Source of the DNA: Dickeya solani IPO 2222
GTDB lineage: Bacteria; Pseudomonadota; Gammaproteobacteria; Enterobacterales; Enterobacteriaceae
Length of the DNA stretch: 32,000 bases
Assembly (NCBI RefSeq): GCF_001644705.1
Contig: NZ_CP015137.1
Location: 1,440,001 to 1,472,000, forward strand
Reading direction: 5' to 3'
How positions within the stretch are numbered: the first letter of the stretch is position 1; each line of letters begins with the position of its first letter. Made by a program: the position numbers and the translations under genes. Below are positions 27,856 through 32,000 of this stretch, in pieces. Under the pieces are notes generated by a model. That model was not told the origin of the DNA. It was given only the letters and a program-made list of their open reading frames with translations, and ran no database searches.

Positions 27856-27971
27856 AAGCCTGTTTTCTCTGGTGGTGTTCTGATTCGAAGACGTCCGTGC
27901 AACGGACTGTCATTAACTGAAAAAAATGTACACAAACCCACCAGTGTGAATAAGATGTCAGGATCTTTGGC

Positions 27972-27992
27972 GTGATAAATCACAGTTATCAC
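27972..27992. promoter_or_regulatory. Perfect inverted repeat GTGATAA-N7-TTATCAC (contains the LysR-type T-N11-A core), a candidate AbgR site
   Basis: Read directly. It lies in the 160-bp divergent abgA/abgR spacer, 24 nt upstream of the abgR ATG. Confidence 0.5.
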
Positions 27993-28015
27993 CAGAACGG
28001 CGATCAGAGAACGAC

Positions 28016-28912
28016 ATGACTCAGAACGTAAAGCTGCATCAGTTGCAATCATTCGTAGAAGTGGCGCGCCACGGCAGCATCCGAGCCGCGTCGCGGCAGC
28101 TGAATCTGTCGCAACCGGCGCTGACTAAATCCATTCAGGAACTGGAAGCCTGTCTGGGCGCGCGCCTGTTTCTGCGCCACCGCCAGGGGATGGCGCTGAC
28201 CGACTGCGGCGAAGCCTATTTCCGCCACGCCAGCCTGATCATGGAAGAGTTACGCGTGGCGCGCGAAGACATCCAGCAGCGGCTCGGACAAGCCAGCGGA
28301 CGAGTCAATATCGGGGTCGGCGCCAGCATCGCCCACACGGTGATGCCGGAGATCGTCAGCCGTTTTCACCGACTGTATCCGCAGGTCAAACTGCGGATCA
28401 CCGAAGGGCAACTGGTGGCGATGATCCACGAGCTGCGACAGGGGGAGCTGGATTTCACCGTCAATACCTATTCCGGCTCGTCCTATGATAACGAACTGTT
28501 ATACGAAAAACTGATGGAAAAGGAATACTGCGTGGTGGTGCGGCGCGATCACCCGATTCAACGGGCGCATTCGCTGGAAGATTTGCTGGACTACGAGTGG
28601 ACCATGCCCACCCCGCGCGGCAGTTACTACAAACAGCTGTTTGACCTGTTCGCCACGCTACCGGTCACTCCCCGGGTCAGCGTCACCTGCGAAACCCTGA
28701 TGTCCAGCGTCAGCCTGGTCGCCAAAACCGACTTCGTCAGCATCCTGTCGCGAGACGTCATCCGCGACCCGATCCTCGGCGAACGCCTGCGGGTGCTGGA
28801 GCTGGACCAGCCGCTGCCCAAAGCCACCTTCTACCTGATTCAACGCAAGGACACCATGCTGTCGCCGATGGGCGCTCAATTAGCCAAACTGTTTCGGCGG
28901 TATTGCCGGTGA
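28016..28912 (+). CDS. abgR: LysR-family transcriptional regulator
   Basis: It has the N-terminal HTH LHQLQSFVEVARHGSIRAASRQLNLSQPALTKSIQELE and is divergent from abgAB, as in E. coli. Confidence 0.85.
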   Translation: MTQNVKLHQLQSFVEVARHGSIRAASRQLNLSQPALTKSIQELEACLGARLFLRHRQGMALTDCGEAYFRHASLIMEELRVAREDIQQRLGQASGRVNIGVGASIAHTVMPEIVSRFHRLYPQVKLRITEGQLVAMIHELRQGELDFTVNTYSGSSYDNELLYEKLMEKEYCVVVRRDHPIQRAHSLEDLLDYEWTMPTPRGSYYKQLFDLFATLPVTPRVSVTCETLMSSVSLVAKTDFVSILSRDVIRDPILGERLRVLELDQPLPKATFYLIQRKDTMLSPMGAQLAKLFRRYCR

Positions 28913-28923
28913 GCGGCGCGATG

Positions 28924-28987
28924 AACGCGTCTGTGGTTTAACGCGTCTGTGGTTTAGCACATCGGAGGTTTAATGCATCGCTAATGC
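28924..28987. repeat. Four phased 16-bp units (aacgcgtctgtggttt x2, then agcacatcggaggttt and aatgcatcgctaatgc)
   Basis: The first two units are identical and the next two are degenerate. Read directly. Confidence 0.6.
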
Positions 28988-29023
28988 AAAAAAAAACGGC
29001 GACAACCCGCAGGCCGTCGCCGT
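28988..29023 (-). terminator. Rho-independent terminator of the MCP gene
   Basis: On the minus strand: acggcgac-(12-nt loop)-gtcgccgt followed by T9. Confidence 0.8.
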
Positions 29024-29088
29024 TGTGAATCTCACGCTAAAGTGAGGCTCACGCTAAAAGCACCGAGTCAAACCTGACGCCGCCGGGT

Positions 29089-30759
29089 TTAGAACGACGT
29101 CCAGTCGTCGCCGGCCTTCTCCTGTCGGGACGTCGGGTTCAGGTTCGCCAGCGCGGCCACCTTCCCGGCCGGTTTGAGTTCCCGGCGCGCCGCCGTTGCG
29201 TCGGCCACGCCCGGCAGTTTGAATACCGAGACAATCTCGTTCAGGTGATGCGCCTGTTCTTCCAGCGAAGACGACGTCGCCGAAGACTGTTCGACCAGCG
29301 CCGCGTTCTGCTGCGTCACGCTATCCATTTGCGTGATGGCTGTTCCCACCTGGGAAATGCCCTTGCTCTGCTCGCTGGACGCCGAGGCGATTTCCCCCAT
29401 GATATCCGTCACATTGGTGACCGACTTCAGGATATCCTCCATCGACTTGCTGGCCTGCGACACTTGCTCGTAGCCATTCTTGACATTATCTACCGACTCA
29501 TCGATCAGGGTTTTGATTTCCTTCGCCGCCTGAGCGCTGCGCTGGGCCAGATTTCTGACCTCGCTCGCCACCACGGCAAAACCGCGCCCGGCTTCTCCGG
29601 CACGCGCCGCTTCCACCGCCGCATTCAGCGCCAAAATATTGGTCTGGAAGGCAATACTGTCGATCACATTGATGATATCGACGATTTTCTGCGAGCTGTG
29701 GGTGATGTTCTGCATGCTGTTGCTTACCGCTTTCACCACGTCGCCGCCGTTGTTGGCCGCTTTTGACGCATCCCGCGCAAGCGAGCTGGCCTGATGGGCG
29801 TTATCCGCATTCTGTTTCACCACCGCGCTCAGCTGTTCCATACTGGCGGCGGTTTCACTCAGAGCGGCGGCCTGTTCTTCGGTGCGAGAGGACAGGTCGG
29901 CGTTGCCGGCAGCGATCTCGCTGCTGCCGTGATAAATCTCGTTGGCGCTCCGGCGAATATCGGCCACCGTTTTTATCCAGTTACGCTGCATGGTGTTAAC
30001 AAACGGAATTAACTGCCCAATTTCATTACGACCCATCTCGCCAATGGTCAAATCCAGTTGCCCGTTCGACAAAATTTGCAAATGCGCTTTAACCTTCTCC
30101 AGCGGTCGGCCCATCTGAATAGCGAGATAGCGGTCGGTTAATATCACCACGCCTAATCCAACAATCATGGCGACGATCAGCGTGACCTTACACCAGTATA
30201 CCCAGGCTGAAATGCGGGCCTGCGCTTCCGTTTTCAGGTTTTTAATAATCTGATTATATTCATTAATGGCGTCGGTGAATTTTACCCGCAGCGGGTTGTA
30301 TTTCTCCCTCACCAGTTTTTCATAGGCATCGTGATTATTCTGCCTGGCCGCGTCCAGCATCGGCACAATCGCTTCGCTGAACAGTTGGTAAGAACTATTG
30401 TAAATATCATCAATGGTGTTGCTGCTGATATTGGCGTGGTCGGCAACCTTGAACTGCGCCAGACCACCTTTCAGAAAATCCACGTCCGCCGTGGCGTCGC
30501 TAAGTAATCTACGCCCGCGATCGCTGTTATTTTCGGCAACGACGGCTTCATCCATCGACAATTTAACTTTGTAGTAACGATCGCTGGCGCCATTAATAAT
30601 ATCGCCGTTCGTTTGCTGCACATTTGTCAGACCAATCTCGCCGGTCAGACTATTCAGGGAATACAGAGAAAAAAATGACACCCCACTCCATAGCAAGGTA
30701 AATATGATTAGGATAGCCAGCATCATAATTTTAACCCTGACGTTACAAATAAAACTCAT
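29089..30759 (-). CDS. Methyl-accepting chemotaxis protein (Tar-like four-helix-bundle sensor, HAMP, signalling domain)
   Basis: It has two TM segments and the hairpin-tip consensus [39 protein letters not shown]. The C-terminal DDWTSF resembles the xWxxF CheR/CheB tether. GAGAGG serves as the RBS. Confidence 0.93.
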   Translation of the reverse strand: MSFICNVRVKIMMLAILIIFTLLWSGVSFFSLYSLNSLTGEIGLTNVQQTNGDIINGASDRYYKVKLSMDEAVVAENNSDRGRRLLSDATADVDFLKGGLAQFKVADHANISSNTIDDIYNSSYQLFSEAIVPMLDAARQNNHDAYEKLVREKYNPLRVKFTDAINEYNQIIKNLKTEAQARISAWVYWCKVTLIVAMIVGLGVVILTDRYLAIQMGRPLEKVKAHLQILSNGQLDLTIGEMGRNEIGQLIPFVNTMQRNWIKTVADIRRSANEIYHGSSEIAAGNADLSSRTEEQAAALSETAASMEQLSAVVKQNADNAHQASSLARDASKAANNGGDVVKAVSNSMQNITHSSQKIVDIINVIDSIAFQTNILALNAAVEAARAGEAGRGFAVVASEVRNLAQRSAQAAKEIKTLIDESVDNVKNGYEQVSQASKSMEDILKSVTNVTDIMGEIASASSEQSKGISQVGTAITQMDSVTQQNAALVEQSSATSSSLEEQAHHLNEIVSVFKLPGVADATAARRELKPAGKVAALANLNPTSRQEKAGDDWTSF

Positions 30760-30873
30760 TTAATACCTCTCGAATGACGTCATGCGATTGATTATTGGTT
30801 TTATGGTTGTTGATTCGGACTCATTCTAATTAATTTTTATCCACCTCCTTTTATCGCAGCAGAGATGCCTGAT

Positions 30874-30900
30874 ATATCGGCCATTTCGTCTTTTTATTTA
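30874..30900 (-). promoter_or_regulatory. Sigma-28 (FliA) promoter: TAAA-N15-GCCGATAT
   Basis: The minus strand reads TAAATAAAAAGACGAAATGGCCGATAT, matching the TAAA-N15-GCCGATAA consensus. It lies about 115 nt upstream of the MCP ATG. Confidence 0.7.
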
Positions 30901-31096
30901 ACCGACAACCCGGAAATGATAAGTAAGAGAGATATTAAAAAATACATTTTTAAACGGGAGATGAACGAAAGGGAATAAGAATGGAAGCGGCAGGAAAAAA
31001 ACCACAGAACAGATTGTTGAATAAGCGCATCGACTGGATCGGCCGTTCAACGACAGGCGTGCTTCACCCTGAAATCATCCCTCTTTGCGTCGCGCA

Positions 31097-31621
31097 TCAC
31101 TGCGGCTCCCCCTCCGGCGCAAAGCACAGCGACCATTCGCAGCAGTCGTCGCAACTGGGTGATCGGCACACCAGCTCGCCATCCTGATGCAGGCAACGCT
31201 GACGGTAGAAGAATTTTTTCCAGCGCATGTTGTGGTGGTTCAGCGCCACCAGTTCCGGGAAGCAATCCGTCATCAGCAGGCGCAGTTCAGCGCGGGAATC
31301 CAGCCCCAAATCCTGCCACAGGTGATTGAAACCCAGCGAGGCGCTGGCGATAAGCTGATGCATCGGCGCGCCGTCCGCCACCAGGTAGCCGTACAGCCAG
31401 TCGGCCAGTTGTACCCGTTCTTCCCGGCGGGTCTGTTGCAGTTCGCTCATCAACGACTGGCGCTGATCCCGCGCGGCGTTGGCCTGCGGCAGGGGCCCGT
31501 TCAGCCGTTGCCGCAGCACCTGCCAGGCGAGTTCATCCAGCCCCATACGCCGGGGGAAGCAGGCCGCACCGGCGTCATGTAACGTCAGCAGTCGCCGCAG
31601 CCAGTACTCCGCCCCGTCCAT
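31097..31621 (-). CDS. nifQ: NifQ, molybdenum-processing protein for FeMo-cofactor synthesis
   Basis: It has the C-terminal Cx4Cx2Cx5C motif (CRSPSCDDCCEWSLC) and RWKKFFYRQ. The 174-aa length is typical. The start overlaps the upstream stop (TGATG). The tracked 228-aa ORF is an in-frame upstream extension. Confidence 0.85.
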   Translation of the reverse strand: MDGAEYWLRRLLTLHDAGAACFPRRMGLDELAWQVLRQRLNGPLPQANAARDQRQSLMSELQQTRREERVQLADWLYGYLVADGAPMHQLIASASLGFNHLWQDLGLDSRAELRLLMTDCFPELVALNHHNMRWKKFFYRQRCLHQDGELVCRSPSCDDCCEWSLCFAPEGEPQ

Positions 31622-32000
31622 CACGCCGCCCCCTGCGCGCGTTCTTCGGCGGGGCGCGTCTGCTGACGTTGCCGCCACCAGCGGCCCAGCACCTCGGCGA
31701 CATTCTGCCAGGCCCCTTCCACGTTGGGCTGGATCCCCTGCTGCTCCAGCTTCTGCCACGGCGCATAGCCGATGCGGGCGCAAAACACGGCCGCCACGTC
31801 CGCCAGCAACGCCAGCATCGCCGCCATGCGATCCTCGCTGTCGGCGGGTTCGCAGTCATCGCTGCCGCGGCAATATTTAGGCGCGAAGCGTTCGTTGACC
31901 AGCACCACGCCCGCGGCCGACAGGCTGTAAATTTGAAAGCGTTCGGCATGGCCGAAATGGCAGTCGATCACCTCGCCGCCGGATGACGCCACCGCCACCA
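31621..32000 (-). CDS. nifB: C-terminal NifX/NafY-like domain of NifB (3' fragment; the gene continues beyond the window)
   Basis: The motif CHFGHAERFQIY is typical of the dinitrogenase FeMo-cofactor-binding domain. It lies immediately upstream of nifQ, as in the Klebsiella nifBQ operon. The frame is open to the window edge. Confidence 0.65.
   Translation of the reverse strand, partial: VAVASSGGEVIDCHFGHAERFQIYSLSAAGVVLVNERFAPKYCRGSDDCEPADSEDRMAAMLALLADVAAVFCARIGYAPWQKLEQQGIQPNVEGAWQNVAEVLGRWWRQRQQTRPAEERAQGAA

Noticed and set aside
30981-31187. A 68-aa ORF on the plus strand downstream of the MCP promoter region, overlapping the nifQ 3' end.
   Set aside because: It is antisense to nifQ over half its length, has no RBS, and its translation looks non-coding.

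Overview
This is a 32-kb chromosomal window from a gammaproteobacterium of the Enterobacterales. Gene content looks Dickeya- or Pectobacteriaceae-like, but I cannot verify that without a database search. Everything below was read by eye from the sequence and ORF track; no searches were run.

Gene order, left to right:
- The 3' part of queG, then tRNA-Gly(GCC).
- A visibly AT-rich O-polysaccharide cluster of the ABC-transporter type, led by a JUMPStart/ops element: manC, manB, gmd, wzm, wzt, an Fcl-like reductase and two glycosyltransferases.
- A GC-rich GhrA-like 2-hydroxyacid dehydrogenase and a second, identical tRNA-Gly(GCC).
- About 0.7 kb with no convincing gene, then an orphan hypothetical protein.
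- An LLM oxidoreductase divergent from a six-gene operon: NtaA/DszA-family monooxygenase, two paralogous substrate-binding proteins (SBPs), a GNAT acetyltransferase, a permease and an ATPase.
- A secreted HSL-family esterase, a long-form ERIC repeat, and ohrR-ohr.
- The abg locus: abgT, a 536-bp structured spacer, abgB-abgA, and divergent abgR.
- A methyl-accepting chemotaxis protein (MCP) with a sigma-28 promoter, then nifQ and the 3' end of nifB. A Mo-nitrogenase cluster therefore probably continues off the right edge.

Most notable observations:
1. The seven genes at 13377-20472 (about 2,180 codons) contain no cysteine codon and almost no internal methionine. This is the hallmark of a sulfur-starvation regulon. 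The gene content resembles the Bacillus S-substituted-cysteine salvage operons, but the substrate here is unassigned.
2. The O-antigen locus sits between two identical tRNA-Gly genes, with no integrase in the window.
3. The Fcl-like enzyme has Ala where the epimerase catalytic Cys of E. coli GDP-fucose synthase should be, so the sugar is probably not L-fucose.
4. A 136-bp inverted-repeat-bounded structured element lies inside the abgB-abgT spacer.

I found no CRISPR array, transposase, integrase, toxin-antitoxin pair or recognisable phage-defence gene.
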